DNA of 54,818 nucleotides, from positions 1 through 54,818 of the forward strand of contig JACCYJ010000093.1 of assembly GCA_013696555.1 (NCBI GenBank), in the 5' to 3' direction. The notes beneath the pieces are model-generated. The model did no database searches, had not been told where the DNA came from, and saw only the letters and a list, made by a program, of their open reading frames with translations. This DNA comes from Nocardioidaceae bacterium. GTDB taxonomy: Bacteria; Actinomycetota; Actinomycetes; Propionibacteriales; Nocardioidaceae. Position numbers and translations under genes: made by a program. Below, piece after piece: positions 25,574-36,393 of the stretch (positions within the stretch are counted from its first letter, which is position 1; each line of letters starts with the position of its first letter).

Positions 25574-27988
25574 TCACTCGGGGTCTTGGCGCCGCTTTGC
25601 TGGCCCGGGGGCGCGCCTAGGGGGTTGCTCGGGTCGCTCGGGAACGTCAATAGTGGGTACCGCGAGCGAGGTCGCCTCGGTCGCAACGGTCAGCGTTTCG
25701 CCATGGTGGGTGATCTCGAACGGGTCGCCGCCAAGCAGCTGGTACGTCGCAGTCTCCCGGCCGATGTCGACGCTGAACCGGTTGCCGCGGAAACACATCC
25801 GGAACGCGATCCGCGACAACGCCGGCGGCAGCCGTGGCGCGAACGTCAGCTGACCATCGTGGTCGCGCATACCACCGAAGCCGGCAACCGTGACCGTCCA
25901 GGCTCCGGCGAGCGACGCGATGTGCAGCCCGTTGCGTACGTTGTTGTGCAGGTCGTGCAGATCGGTCAATGCCGCTTCGGCGAAGTAGTCGAATGCCAGG
26001 TCGAGCTGGCCGACCTCAGCCGCGATCACCGCCTGCGAGCAGGCCGACAACGACGAGTCGCGAACCGTCAACGCCTCGTAGTAAGCGAAGTTGCGCGCCT
26101 TCTCCTCCGCGGTGAAGGCGTCCCCGCGCAGATGCATGGCGAGCACGATGTCCGCCTGCTTGACGACCTGCTTGCGGTAGATGTCGAAGTACGGATAGTG
26201 CAAGAACAGCGGGTAATGGTCAGGTGGTGTGCCCTCGAAGTCCCAGCGGTCGTGGACGGTGAAGCCGCTGGCCTGCGGGTGCACGCCGAGCATCGAGTCG
26301 TACGGCAGCAGCATCGCCTCGGCGGCCTCCACCCAGGTCTTGTGCTCCTCGGCGTCGACGCCCAGCCGCTGGGCGACGTCGGGTTGGCGGTCGCAGATCG
26401 CCGCCGCCTCGCGCAGGTTCTTCTGCGCCATCAGGTTGGTGTAGACGTTGTTGTCGGCGACCGCGGAGTACTCGTCCGGGCCGGTCACACCATCGATGCG
26501 GAAGCCGCCGTGCTCATCGTGGTGCCCCAGTGAGCACCACAACCGAGCGGTCTGCACCAGCAGCTCGGCACCGCAGCTTCGCTCGAAGTCTTCGTCGCCG
26601 GTGGCCGCGAGGTAGCGGGCAACCGCGTCGGCCACGTCAGCGGAGACGTGGAACGCTGCGGTCCCGGCCGGCCAGTACGCTGAGCACTCGGCGCCGTTGA
26701 TGGAACGCCAGGGGAAGGCGGCACCGCTCTGACCCAGCAACCGGGCGCGCTGCATGGCCGGCTCGATCGTCGCGTGCCGCCAGCGCAGCGCATCGCGGAC
26801 CGCTTCTGGCTGGGTGTAGGTGAGCACCGGCAGCACGAACGTCTCGGTGTCCCAGAACGCATGGCCGTCGTAACCAGGACCGGTCAGCCCCTTTGCGGGG
26901 ATGGCTCGCGACTCACCGCGGGCCCCGGCCTGCAGCACGTGGAACAACGCGAAGCGGACGGCCTGCTGCAGCTCGGGGTCGCCTTCGATCTCGACGTCGG
27001 CGGTGTCCCAGAACGTGTCGAGGTAAGCCCGCTGGTCGGCGGCGAGACGGTCCCAGCCGGTCTGCACCACGCCGGTCAGTGCCGCGTCCACCTGGGCACG
27101 CAACGCCGGCACCGAACGTGTCGAGGACCAGCCGTACGCCAGGAACTTGGTGATGCAGAGGCGTCCACCCTCCGGTACCTCGGCGGCGGCGGTCACCCGT
27201 GCCAGGTCGTCTTCGACCAGGAGCCGGGTGTCGAGACCGTCAGGGGTTTCGAAGATGTGATCCATCGCGGCCGCCATGTGCAGCCCCGACTTGTGGGTGT
27301 GGTGGGCCAGCAGCGCCCGGTGCTCCGACCCGGTGGCGAAGTCCGGCCGCAGCGGCGACACAAGGTCGGCGGCAACCCGTGGGTCCTTGCTCCTCGACTC
27401 GATCGGTTCATTGGTCAGCAGGTCGGACTGGGCGACCAGCTGCAGCGGGCCGTCGAGGGGTTCGACGACGTAGCGGATCCCCGCGATGGCGCGCTGGGTG
27501 AACGAGACCAGGCGCTCGGTGGTGAGCCGGATGCGCCGGCCCGTGGGGGAGACCCAGACCGTCCGCCGGCGCAGCGTGCCAGCCCGGAAGTCGAGCGTGC
27601 GTACATGCTCCGGCGCGGTGCCGTAGCGCATGTCGAGTGGCTCGTCCTCGACGAGCAGCCGGATGATCTTGCCGTCGGTGACGTTGCAGACCGTCTGTCC
27701 ATCCTCGGGGTAGCCGTACCCCGCCTCGGCGTACGGCAGCGGCTGGGTCTCGTAAAAACCGTTGAGGTAGGTGCCCGGTAGTCCCCGGGGCTCACCCTCC
27801 TCGAGGGTGCCCCTCATGCCGAGGTGACCGTTGGACAGCGCGAACGTCGACTCGGTGCGCGCCAGCTGGTCGACCGCCAGGCCATGCCACGCCAGCTGCC
27901 ACGGCTCGGTCTTGTAGCCGCTGGGAGGTGTCTGCAGCTGCTGGGTGGAGTGCTTGTCCGGGCTCCAGCCGGAGTCGCCGCCGGTCAT
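25574..27988 (-). CDS. Glycoside hydrolase family 65 disaccharide phosphorylase (trehalose/maltose/kojibiose type)
   Basis: 804 aa. GH65 catalytic-region signature [13 protein letters not shown]. Start overlaps the stop of the upstream beta-phosphoglucomutase gene (ATGA). Confidence 0.9.
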   Translation of the reverse strand: MTGGDSGWSPDKHSTQQLQTPPSGYKTEPWQLAWHGLAVDQLARTESTFALSNGHLGMRGTLEEGEPRGLPGTYLNGFYETQPLPYAEAGYGYPEDGQTVCNVTDGKIIRLLVEDEPLDMRYGTAPEHVRTLDFRAGTLRRRTVWVSPTGRRIRLTTERLVSFTQRAIAGIRYVVEPLDGPLQLVAQSDLLTNEPIESRSKDPRVAADLVSPLRPDFATGSEHRALLAHHTHKSGLHMAAAMDHIFETPDGLDTRLLVEDDLARVTAAAEVPEGGRLCITKFLAYGWSSTRSVPALRAQVDAALTGVVQTGWDRLAADQRAYLDTFWDTADVEIEGDPELQQAVRFALFHVLQAGARGESRAIPAKGLTGPGYDGHAFWDTETFVLPVLTYTQPEAVRDALRWRHATIEPAMQRARLLGQSGAAFPWRSINGAECSAYWPAGTAAFHVSADVADAVARYLAATGDEDFERSCGAELLVQTARLWCSLGHHDEHGGFRIDGVTGPDEYSAVADNNVYTNLMAQKNLREAAAICDRQPDVAQRLGVDAEEHKTWVEAAEAMLLPYDSMLGVHPQASGFTVHDRWDFEGTPPDHYPLFLHYPYFDIYRKQVVKQADIVLAMHLRGDAFTAEEKARNFAYYEALTVRDSSLSACSQAVIAAEVGQLDLAFDYFAEAALTDLHDLHNNVRNGLHIASLAGAWTVTVAGFGGMRDHDGQLTFAPRLPPALSRIAFRMCFRGNRFSVDIGRETATYQLLGGDPFEITHHGETLTVATEATSLAVPTIDVPERPEQPPRRAPGPAKRRQDPE

Positions 27989-28731
27989 GAGGACTCCACC
28001 GCCGCCGAGTCCAGCAGCTCGTCGAGGTCTTGGACCACGATGTCGGCTCCCGCAACCTGCAGCGCCTCGGCCTGGCCCACCCGGTCGACACCGACGACGT
28101 AGCCGAAGTTCCCGGCTCGCCCCGCCTGGACTCCGGAGATCGCGTCCTCGAAGACCGCCGCTGCACCCGCGTCGACGCCGAGCTCCGCCGCCCCGGCGAG
28201 GAAGGAGTCCGGCGCCGGCTTCCCCTTCAGCTGCCGCTCGACGATCACGACCCCGTCGATGCGGGCCTGGACGAAGGAGTCAAGTCCGGTTGCCGCGAGC
28301 ACGGCCTCGCCGTTGGCCGAGGAGGTCACCACGGCGATCGCGAGCCCGGCGTCGCGGGCCGCTTCCAGGTAGCGGACCGAGCCTGGGTACGGGTCGACAC
28401 CCTGCTGTTCGATCACCGCGTGCAGCAGCTCGTTCTTACGATTGCCCACCCCGTTGATCGTGTCGGCATCTGCTGGGTCGTCCGGCGCCCCTTCGGGCAG
28501 TTCGATACCCCGCGAGGTGAGGAACGTGCGCACACCGTCGGCGCGTGGTCGGCCGTCTACGTACTCGTTGTAGTCAAGCGCTGAGAACGGCGTGAAACCG
28601 ACTCCCTCGCGGCTCAGCAGGTAGCCGTCGAAGGTCTCTTTCCACGCTTGCTGGTGGAGAACGGCCGTGCTGGTGAGCACACCGTCGAGGTCGAAGAGGC
28701 AGGCGCTGATATGCGCAGGAAGGCCAGTCAC
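27985..28731 (-). CDS. pgmB: Beta-phosphoglucomutase (HAD superfamily)
   Basis: HAD motif I FDLDGVLT, motif [20 protein letters not shown]. Classic pairing with a GH65 phosphorylase. Confidence 0.88.
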   Translation of the reverse strand: MTGLPAHISACLFDLDGVLTSTAVLHQQAWKETFDGYLLSREGVGFTPFSALDYNEYVDGRPRADGVRTFLTSRGIELPEGAPDDPADADTINGVGNRKNELLHAVIEQQGVDPYPGSVRYLEAARDAGLAIAVVTSSANGEAVLAATGLDSFVQARIDGVVIVERQLKGKPAPDSFLAGAAELGVDAGAAAVFEDAISGVQAGRAGNFGYVVGVDRVGQAEALQVAGADIVVQDLDELLDSAAVESS

Positions 28732-28804
28732 ACGCGGGAGCCTAATAGCCTGTCAGCTGTCCGCACGGTAAACGCGCCTCGCGCGCTCTCCGACCGGAGA
28801 CGTC

Positions 28805-29917
28805 ATGTCAGCACCAACAGGCTCGGACACCGAGCCACCGGGGCCGCCGCCCGAGGCCAGCGGGACGGACATTCGACGCTGGCGCCGACTGCTCGCCGCC
28901 GAGCAAGCCGAGGCCGCGGTCTATCGCGACCTGGCCCTGCGTCGGTCGGGAGAGGAGCGGGAGATCCTGCTCGCGCTCGCGGCGGCCGAGGGCCGTCACG
29001 AGCGGCACTGGAAGGCGCTGCTCGGTGACCGCGTCGGACGACCCCAACGCGGTGACCTGCGCACCCGCGTCCTCGCCGTGCTGGCGCGTCGCTTCGGGAG
29101 CGTCTTCGTGCTCGCGCTCGCACAACGCGCGGAGGCGCGTTCGCCGTACGAGACCGATGCTGACGCGACGCCGACGATGGCGGCCGACGAGAGGGTTCAC
29201 GAGGAGGTGGTGCGAGGCCTGGCAACCCGAGGCCGCAGCCAGTTGTCGGGAACCTTCCGAGCGGCGGTGTTCGGCGCCAACGACGGCCTGGTCAGCAACC
29301 TGGCCCTCGTTCTCGGAGTCAGCGCGACCGGGGCCTCGAACCGCATCGTCTTGATCACCGGGCTGGCAGGGTTGCTCGCGGGTGCGCTGTCGATGGGAGC
29401 CGGCGAATACGTCTCGGTGCGCTCGCAACGCGAGCTGCTCGAGATCTCCGCACCCAACCCCGACACCGGCAGCGTGCTGCCCCACCTCGACCTCGACGCC
29501 AACGAGCTCGCCTTGGTCTACCGCGCCCGAGGCATGCCATCGGACGAGGCGCAGCAGCGGGCCGCCCGTCGGCTGGCCGACCTGGAGACGCACGGCGTTG
29601 TCGATGACCCGTCGCCCACTGCCGACCAGCTCGAAGCCGTCGGCACCGGGGTGGGCGCTGCCCTGTCCAGCTTCGGATTTTTCGCATCGGGGGCCGTCAT
29701 CCCGGTGCTGCCGTACCTGCTCGGCCTGGAGGGTCGTCCGGCGTTGATCGTCGGAACCGTCCTGGTGGGGGTCGCGCTGATGGTCACGGGTGCCATCGTC
29801 GGGCTGCTGTCGGGGGGACCGCCGCTGCGACGGGCGCTGCGCCAGCTCGCCATCGGCTACGGTGCCGCCGCGATCACCATCGGGCTCGGGCTGCTGCTCG
29901 GCTCCGGTTTCGCCTAG
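28805..29917 (+). CDS. VIT1/CCC1-family Fe/Mn transporter with an N-terminal ferritin-like domain
   Basis: N-terminal [23 protein letters not shown] (ferritin-like helices). C-terminal [16 protein letters not shown] and several TM segments. Confidence 0.8.
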   Translation: MSAPTGSDTEPPGPPPEASGTDIRRWRRLLAAEQAEAAVYRDLALRRSGEEREILLALAAAEGRHERHWKALLGDRVGRPQRGDLRTRVLAVLARRFGSVFVLALAQRAEARSPYETDADATPTMAADERVHEEVVRGLATRGRSQLSGTFRAAVFGANDGLVSNLALVLGVSATGASNRIVLITGLAGLLAGALSMGAGEYVSVRSQRELLEISAPNPDTGSVLPHLDLDANELALVYRARGMPSDEAQQRAARRLADLETHGVVDDPSPTADQLEAVGTGVGAALSSFGFFASGAVIPVLPYLLGLEGRPALIVGTVLVGVALMVTGAIVGLLSGGPPLRRALRQLAIGYGAAAITIGLGLLLGSGFA

Positions 29918-31359
29918 CTCAGCAAGGTGTCGAGGCTGCGCAGCTTGTTCGTCGCGTCGAGAGCGGCCACCTTGTAGGCCTCGGACAATGTCGGGTAGTT
30001 GAACACCGTGTCGACCAGGAAGTCGACCGTGCCACCACACCCCATGGCCACTTGGCCAATGTGCACTAGGTCGGTAGCACCGGTCCCGAAGACGTGCACG
30101 CCGAGCAAGGTTCGTTCGGTGGCGTGCACGAGCAATTTGAGCATGCCGTACGAGTCGCCGACGATCTGACCGCGAGCCAGCTCGCGGTAGCGCGAAAGCC
30201 CGACCTCGTACGGGATCGATTCCGCCGTCAGCTCGCTCTCGTTGCGTCCGACGTAGGAGATCTCCGGGATCGTGTAGATGCCGATCGGTTGGAGTGGCGT
30301 GATGGAGCCGGCCCTCGCGCCCATCGCATGCAGAGCGGCGATCCGGCCCTGCTCCATGCTCGTCGCGGCCAGCGCCGGGAAGCCGATGACGTCGCCGACG
30401 GCGAAAATGTGCTCGACCTCGGTGCGGAAGTGCTCGTCGACCTTGATTCGGCCGCGCTTGTCGGGGGTCAGCCCGGCCTTTTCGAGGGCGAGCTCGTTGG
30501 TGGCGCCCTGGCGGCCGGCCGAGTACATCACCGTGTCGGCGGGGATCCGTTTACCGCTTGCAAGCGTCGTGATCGTGCCGCGGTTGCCGATCTCGACCTT
30601 CTCCACCTGCTCACCGAAACGGAACGAGACCGCGAGATCGCGCAGGTGGAAGCGCAGCGACTCCACGATCTCGTCGTCGCAGAACTCCAGCATCAGCGGG
30701 CGCTGGTCGACCACGGTGACCCGAGTGCCGAGCGCGGCGAACATGGACGCGTACTCAATCCCGATCACCCCGGCGCCGACGACGACCATCGTCGCCGGAA
30801 TGCGGTCGAGCTCGAGGATGCCGTCGGAGTCGACGACGTGCTGCTCGTCGAACTCGACGTGCGCCGGCCGGGCCGGGCAGGTGCCGGGTGCGAGCACGAT
30901 CTGGTCCGCCGACACGGTCAGGCGGTCCCCGCCGGCGATGGTGAGGGTGTGCGGGTCGAGGAAGGAAGCCGTGCCGATCAGCAGGTCGACGTGGTTGCGC
31001 AGCAGCTGGCTGCGGACGACCTCGACCTCGCGCCCGATGACGTGCTGCGTCCGAGCCGTGAGGTCGGCGATCGTGATGTCTGTCTTGACCCGGTAGCTGG
31101 CGCCGTACATGTCGCGCTGCGAGAGCCCGGTCAGGTACAGCACGGCCTCGCGCAGCGTCTTGCTCGGGATCGTGCCGGTGTTGATGCACACGCCGCCGAC
31201 CATGGCGCGCCGGTCGACCACCGCCACCTTGTGCCCGAGCTTCGCGGCCGCGATCGCGGCACGTTGGCCACCAGGGCCGCTGCCTACAACGAGCAGGTCG
31301 TAGTCGTACTCATGCTCTTCCACGTGCTCATCGTCGGCGGCACCGACACATCGGCGCAA
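29914..31359 (-). CDS. sthA: Soluble pyridine nucleotide transhydrogenase (Si-specific)
   Basis: [18 protein letters not shown], and [13 protein letters not shown] (single Cys with Thr in place of the second redox Cys, as in SthA). NAD fold [13 protein letters not shown]. An alternative GTG start lies at 31323. Confidence 0.82.
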   Translation of the reverse strand: MRRCVGAADDEHVEEHEYDYDLLVVGSGPGGQRAAIAAAKLGHKVAVVDRRAMVGGVCINTGTIPSKTLREAVLYLTGLSQRDMYGASYRVKTDITIADLTARTQHVIGREVEVVRSQLLRNHVDLLIGTASFLDPHTLTIAGGDRLTVSADQIVLAPGTCPARPAHVEFDEQHVVDSDGILELDRIPATMVVVGAGVIGIEYASMFAALGTRVTVVDQRPLMLEFCDDEIVESLRFHLRDLAVSFRFGEQVEKVEIGNRGTITTLASGKRIPADTVMYSAGRQGATNELALEKAGLTPDKRGRIKVDEHFRTEVEHIFAVGDVIGFPALAATSMEQGRIAALHAMGARAGSITPLQPIGIYTIPEISYVGRNESELTAESIPYEVGLSRYRELARGQIVGDSYGMLKLLVHATERTLLGVHVFGTGATDLVHIGQVAMGCGGTVDFLVDTVFNYPTLSEAYKVAALDATNKLRSLDTLLS

Positions 31360-31382
31360 CCGGACTGCGGAACAATTGCGCC

Positions 31383-32798
31383 GTGAGGGCCTTTCTTGGC
31401 GTCGACCTGGGCACGAGCGGCCTGAAAGCTGCGCTGCTCGACGAGGCGGGAGCCGTTCTCGCCGAGGCGGAGGCGGCGTACGGGATGCTGTCGCCGCAGC
31501 CGGGCTGGGCGGAGGCCGATCCGGTCGTCTGGACGGCGGCGTATCAGTGCGTGCGGGGTGAGCTGGCGGCAGTCACAGCAGGGGTCGAGCTGGCCGGTAT
31601 CGGCTTTGCCGGCCAGATGCACGGTGTTGTGCTGGTCGACGCTGACGGTGCGCTCGTGCGTCCCGCGATCCTGTGGCCGGATCGACGCAGCGAGGGGGTT
31701 CTGTCGGCCTGGCAGCGGCTCCCTCAGCGGGAGCGCGCCCGGTTGGCCAACCCCCTCGCGGCCGGGATGGCCGGTCCGGTGCTCACCTGGCTGGCGCTGC
31801 ACGAGCCCGAGACGCTGCGCCGTGCCGCGACGTTGCTCTCACCCAAGGACTGGTTGCGTTCGGCACTCACCGGAGACCGGGTCACCGAGCGGTCGGATGC
31901 GTCCGCGACCCTGCTGTGGGACGTCTCGGCCGACACCTGGTCGCAGCCCGCGTTGGCGGTGGCCGGCATCTCTGATGCCCAGCTCCCGGCGCTGCGGAGC
32001 TGCGATGAGGTGGTGGGTACCGATGACGGCGTCCCGGTTGCTGCGGGCGGCGCGGATGTCGCCTGCGCACTGCAAGCGATGTCGGCGGTGTGGACGGGCG
32101 CGCTGGTTGTCAACGCCGGTAGCGGCGTGCAGGTCCTGCGGCCGGGTGTCACCCCCGCACCTCGGGTGGACCCAGTCACCCAGCTGCACGCGGACAGCGA
32201 CGGCGGGTGGTACGAGATGGTAGGGGTGCGCAACGGCGGGCTGAGCCTGGCCTGGGTGCAGCGGGCGTTGCGGCTCTCGTGGCCTGCGCTGTTCGCGGCG
32301 GCCGGCTCCGCCGGGCCGGGCGCAGAGGTGTTCGTCCCGTTCCTCACCGGTGAACGTGGCGGGGTCGCGCCGGTGGTACCGCGCGCCGGTTGGGCCGGCT
32401 TGTCCCAGAGCACCGGTGTCGCCGACCTGGCTCGCGCGGCGTTCGAGGCGCTTGCCTTCACGATCCGCCGATCGGTGGATCTGCTCGGCGACTCCGACAG
32501 CGCCGTACTGCTGTCCGGGGGCGTGGCCCGGGAGCCGTACGTACGGCAGCTGCTCGCCAACTGCCTGGGACGGCCGTTGGGCTACACCCCGTTGCGCAGC
32601 GCCTCCGCCGTCGGCGCGGCTCTGCTTGCGGCTCGTGCGGTCGGCGCAGACATCCGGCTGCCGGACGACACGATGGTCGTGCACCCGCGGGTCGAGGACC
32701 GGCTCGAGGCGGCGTACTCCCGCTGGCGGCAGGTGGTGGCATCGACAGCGCAGCTCTCCACCCCCGTGCACAACCCCGCCACGATCCGAGACTTATGA
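31383..32798 (+). CDS. FGGY-family carbohydrate kinase (xylulokinase-like)
   Basis: N-terminal [25 protein letters not shown], 471 aa. Confidence 0.8.
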   Translation: MRAFLGVDLGTSGLKAALLDEAGAVLAEAEAAYGMLSPQPGWAEADPVVWTAAYQCVRGELAAVTAGVELAGIGFAGQMHGVVLVDADGALVRPAILWPDRRSEGVLSAWQRLPQRERARLANPLAAGMAGPVLTWLALHEPETLRRAATLLSPKDWLRSALTGDRVTERSDASATLLWDVSADTWSQPALAVAGISDAQLPALRSCDEVVGTDDGVPVAAGGADVACALQAMSAVWTGALVVNAGSGVQVLRPGVTPAPRVDPVTQLHADSDGGWYEMVGVRNGGLSLAWVQRALRLSWPALFAAAGSAGPGAEVFVPFLTGERGGVAPVVPRAGWAGLSQSTGVADLARAAFEALAFTIRRSVDLLGDSDSAVLLSGGVAREPYVRQLLANCLGRPLGYTPLRSASAVGAALLAARAVGADIRLPDDTMVVHPRVEDRLEAAYSRWRQVVASTAQLSTPVHNPATIRDL

Positions 32799-32895
32799 AG
32801 GTCAGCGGAGGCGGCAGCCGACGGACCCTTGCACCCGGATCTCCCGACATCCGGGTCGCCATAACAGTCCACGGGTCGGGAGATCGGCGTGACGG

Positions 32896-33843
32896 TCAGC
32901 GGAAGACCAGGCCGTCGAAGGCCGGTGAGATCCGCGTCCCCGAAGTGCCGTCGAGGAGTCCGGTCAGGTCGGTGAGTGCGCCTATGACAGCCTCCTTGCC
33001 GGTCAGCTCGGCGAACTCCACCGCAGCGCTGACCTTGGGCCCCATGGACCCGCCAGCGAAGTCGAGGCGGGACAGGTGGTCCGGATGCGCCGTGGCAACC
33101 GCCCGTTCCCTCGGCGTCCCCCAGTCGAAGTAGAGTCCGTCGACGTCGGTGGCGATCACGAGGACGTCGGCCGCCAGCTCGCGAGCCAGCACCGCGCTGG
33201 CCCGGTCCTTGTCGATGACGGCCTCGACGCCGATGAGTGTCCGGGTGCCTGGCTTGTACATCGTGGGGATACCACCCCCGCCGGCGCAGATCACCACACA
33301 GCCCTGCTCCAGCAGCCACCGCACGGGCCGTAGCTCGAAGACGCGCAGCGGTAACGGCGAGGGCACCACCCGGCGCCAGTGCTGGCCGTCGGGTTTCACG
33401 ATCCAGCCATGCTTGCGCGCCAGCCCGCGCGCCTCCGCCTCGTCGTAGACCGGTCCGACGAACTTACTGGGGTCCGCGAACGCGGGATCCTGTGGGTCCA
33501 CCTCGCACATCGTCAGCATGACCGCGAGCGGCTTCTCGAACGGCAACAGGTTGCCAAGCTCCTGCTCGATGAGATACCCGATCATGCCTTCGGTCTGGGC
33601 GCCGAGCACGTCGAACGGCGATGCCGACTCGGCGTCGTAGGCGTTGGCCTGCAGCGCCAACAGGCCGACCTGCGGCCCATTCCCGTGCGAGACCACAAGC
33701 GAGTGCTCGAGCGCGACCGGAGCCAGTGCGGCGCAGGCGGCCGCGATGCTTCGGCGCTGGTTGGCGACGGTCATCGGCTCCCCCCGCCGCAGGAGCGCAT
33801 TCCCACCCAGCGCCACCACCACCCGCTTGCCTGTTCTCGCCAC
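32896..33843 (-). CDS. arcC: Carbamate kinase
   Basis: [36 protein letters not shown] at 33843 follows GGAAGTGAGG. The tracked start at 33951 is an extension. Confidence 0.85.
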   Translation of the reverse strand: MARTGKRVVVALGGNALLRRGEPMTVANQRRSIAAACAALAPVALEHSLVVSHGNGPQVGLLALQANAYDAESASPFDVLGAQTEGMIGYLIEQELGNLLPFEKPLAVMLTMCEVDPQDPAFADPSKFVGPVYDEAEARGLARKHGWIVKPDGQHWRRVVPSPLPLRVFELRPVRWLLEQGCVVICAGGGGIPTMYKPGTRTLIGVEAVIDKDRASAVLARELAADVLVIATDVDGLYFDWGTPRERAVATAHPDHLSRLDFAGGSMGPKVSAAVEFAELTGKEAVIGALTDLTGLLDGTSGTRISPAFDGLVFR

Positions 33844-33949
33844 GACGACCTCACTTCCGTGTCCTCTGCCGCGGTCAGGGTGACATGCCGGCAGGCGTCT
33901 GTTCAGCGGACACGGCGATTGCCCGACGTGGACAGGCGACGATGGGAGC

Positions 33950-34393
33950 ATGAGCCTGTCGTCGTACCGCTTCGTCAGCCGCTGGCACGTCTCCGCCGAC
34001 CGGGAGGCGGTTTATGACGTGCTGCTCGACCTCGGCTCCTACCCGCAGTGGTGGCCGCAGGTACGCAGCGTCGAGCAGTACAACGGCCAGAGCGCGACTG
34101 TGGTAGTTCGGTCGTTTCTGCCGTACTCCCTGCGCATCCTCACCGTTTCGCGCCGCGAGGACTGCGCGGCCGGTGTCCTCGAGGCCGGACTGGAGGGTGA
34201 CATGGAGGGGTGGTCGCGATGGACCCTGAGCCCAACCGACGACGGCTGCGCCCTGCTCTACGAACAGCAAGTGGCGGTGCTCCGGCCGCTGCTGCGGCGG
34301 CTCGGACTGTTGGCCCGCCCGTTCTTCCGGCTCAACCATGCGGTGATGATGCGTGCTGGCGAGCGCGGGCTGCGCCATCGACTCAGCGGGTGA
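33950..34393 (+). CDS. SRPBCC-family (polyketide cyclase/dehydrase-like) protein
   Basis: 147 aa. N-terminal [30 protein letters not shown] is typical of the SRPBCC ligand-binding fold. Confidence 0.65.
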   Translation: MSLSSYRFVSRWHVSADREAVYDVLLDLGSYPQWWPQVRSVEQYNGQSATVVVRSFLPYSLRILTVSRREDCAAGVLEAGLEGDMEGWSRWTLSPTDDGCALLYEQQVAVLRPLLRRLGLLARPFFRLNHAVMMRAGERGLRHRLSG

Positions 34394-34445
34394 GCTGAGC
34401 CGGTACAGTCCGGCATCGACACCTAAACTGCGGGAGTGATCGGCG

Positions 34446-35285
34446 ATGGACGCGCAGCGGCTCTACCCCCAGCGTCCTGATGCGGCCCAGTCCCACGGCA
34501 ACGGGCAAGACGAAGGCACGCTCGCGGGTCCGCTGCTGTTCGTGCGCTACGCCTTTCCACCCAACCAGCACGGCTACTGCGGACCGGCGGATAGCGTCGC
34601 CTTCTTCGAGCACGGGGTCAGCGGCGCCGATGACGGCGAGCTGAGAGGACTGGCCCGTCAGTTCGCCGGCGCGTGGCCCTACCTGGAGCTGATCGCCGGC
34701 GCGACCGGCCTGCAGGATCCGTTGGACCGGCGCGTCGTCGAGGCGTACTGGGTCGGGAGCCCGCGGCTCGACCGGGTCGACACCTCAGCGATCGGCGGAT
34801 CCATGGAGGAACGGTTTCGGTACATCGCCGGGCCACGCTTCTCCAGTCTTACCGCCGGAGTCATCGCCGGCGGAGTTCCGCACCACAGCTTCGCCGTCTT
34901 TTGCGTCTACCCCTGGGTCGGGTTGCTCGGCGACGACCGTCGGGCCGCGCAGGCGCTCACCGTGCTCGACCGCTGCCGGATTCGCTGGGGACGGGTGACG
35001 GCGCTACAGGGGGACCAGGTCGTGGTCGAGTCGCGTCCCCTCACGTGGGACGGGCGCACGCTCGCGTTGGGTGAACGGCAGAGCGAGACCGCGGTCCGCT
35101 CGGTGGACGGCGTCGGACTCGTCAGCGACATCGCCGAGGGTGACTGGGTGTCGCTGCACTGGGAGTGGGTGTGCGACCGCCTGACCGCGAGGCAGGTCGC
35201 ATCCCTGAGGCACTACACGCTGCGCCATCTCGATGTGGTCAACGGCGCGGAGGCTCACTCCAGCCCGTTGACGCTACTGGCCTGA
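34446..35285 (+). CDS. Conserved hypothetical protein (DUF6390-like), full-length paralog of the 3' part of the 47948..48553 locus
   Basis: 279 aa. HHSFAVFCVYPWVGLLG..LDRCRIRWGRVTA..GDWVSLHWEWVCDRL is clearly homologous to HHSFHVFTVYPWVAMLG..LEQCRIRWGTVTA..GDLVALHWDWVCDTL at 48044..48553. Confidence 0.65.
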   Translation: MDAQRLYPQRPDAAQSHGNGQDEGTLAGPLLFVRYAFPPNQHGYCGPADSVAFFEHGVSGADDGELRGLARQFAGAWPYLELIAGATGLQDPLDRRVVEAYWVGSPRLDRVDTSAIGGSMEERFRYIAGPRFSSLTAGVIAGGVPHHSFAVFCVYPWVGLLGDDRRAAQALTVLDRCRIRWGRVTALQGDQVVVESRPLTWDGRTLALGERQSETAVRSVDGVGLVSDIAEGDWVSLHWEWVCDRLTARQVASLRHYTLRHLDVVNGAEAHSSPLTLLA

Positions 35286-36393
35286 GCTGCGTCCCGGTCT
35301 GGCCGTGAGTCGCCGGTGCCGCCAGCGCCCAGGTGCGGTGCAGGCTCCACGAGAGCCGCTCCCCGACGCGGGTTGGGACCGCACCCGGCGCACGGATGAG
35401 CACGTCGCCCACCGGTGTGTCCACGAGGTGGTCGGTGTGCGGGCCGCGGTACCACACCGCCCGTAACCGGCCGGGCAGGTCACCGCCCAGGCGAGCCCAG
35501 CCGGGCCGGACCAGCAGCCGTCGGACCGCAGGGTCGGACAACCCTGGGCTCCGACAGCCGACGCGGACCTCGATGCCCGCGACGTCCAGGGTGCAGTGGT
35601 CGGCGTCGGTCCGGACGACCCGCGTTGTGAGCACCGACGCTGGTCCGGTCAACGTTGCCGCCCACAGGTCCACCGGCTGGGCGTATACCTGCTCGGCGGA
35701 ACCCAGTTGGATGATCCGTCCCGCATCCAGCAGCGCCACCCGGTCGGCCAGCCCCAGTGCCTCCTCCGCGTCGTGCGTGGCGTACAACGCGGCAGTCCCG
35801 CTGTCGTGCTGTCGGGCCCGCAGCTCCTCGAGGAACAAGCCGCGGACGTGGGTGTCGAGATGCGCCGGCGGCTCGTCGAACACCGACAGTGCCGCCCGCC
35901 GGGCCAGTGCTCTGGCTAGGCCGACCCGTTGCTGTTCGCCACCAGACAGCTCGGCCGGTCGCCGGTCCGCGAGCCGGGCAATGTCGAGCAGTTGGAGGAT
36001 CAGCAGCGCCTCCGCGCGGGCATGGGTCCGGCCGGTCCCGCGCCGCCGCGCCGGGTAGGCGACCGTGTCCAGCACCGACAGGTGCGGCCACAGGGCGTAG
36101 TTCTGAAAGACCACGCCGACGTCACGACGCTCGGGAGGCACGTTGTGGCCCGGTGCGGCGACGAGGTGGCCGTGCAACCAGATCTCGCCGGAGCTCGGCG
36201 ACCGGAACCCGGCCACGGCGTGCAGCAGGGTTGACTTGCCCGAGCCGGACGGGCCCAGCAGGGCGACGACCTCACCGCGGCCAACGGTCAGGTCGACCTT
36301 GCGCACGGCAGCAACGCCGTCGTAGTCGACGGTCAGACCATGCACGCGCAGAACGTGGTCAGCCACGGGCTCGTGCATGTTGTGCGTTCTCAC
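35239..36393 (-). CDS. ABC transporter ATP-binding protein (Fe3+/polyamine importer type)
   Basis: Walker A LLGPSGSGKSTLL, signature LSGGEQQRVGLARAL, Walker B SVFDEPPAHLD, plus a C-terminal regulatory/TOBE-like region. Confidence 0.88.
   Translation of the reverse strand: MRTHNMHEPVADHVLRVHGLTVDYDGVAAVRKVDLTVGRGEVVALLGPSGSGKSTLLHAVAGFRSPSSGEIWLHGHLVAAPGHNVPPERRDVGVVFQNYALWPHLSVLDTVAYPARRRGTGRTHARAEALLILQLLDIARLADRRPAELSGGEQQRVGLARALARRAALSVFDEPPAHLDTHVRGLFLEELRARQHDSGTAALYATHDAEEALGLADRVALLDAGRIIQLGSAEQVYAQPVDLWAATLTGPASVLTTRVVRTDADHCTLDVAGIEVRVGCRSPGLSDPAVRRLLVRPGWARLGGDLPGRLRAVWYRGPHTDHLVDTPVGDVLIRAPGAVPTRVGERLSWSLHRTWALAAPATHGQTGTQLRPVASTGWSEPPRR

Noticed and set aside
28732-28804. Possible Mn2+ (yybP-ykoY) riboswitch ahead of the VIT1-family transporter
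   Set aside because: The intergenic region is only about 73 nt, too short for that riboswitch, and it lacks recognisable conserved segments.
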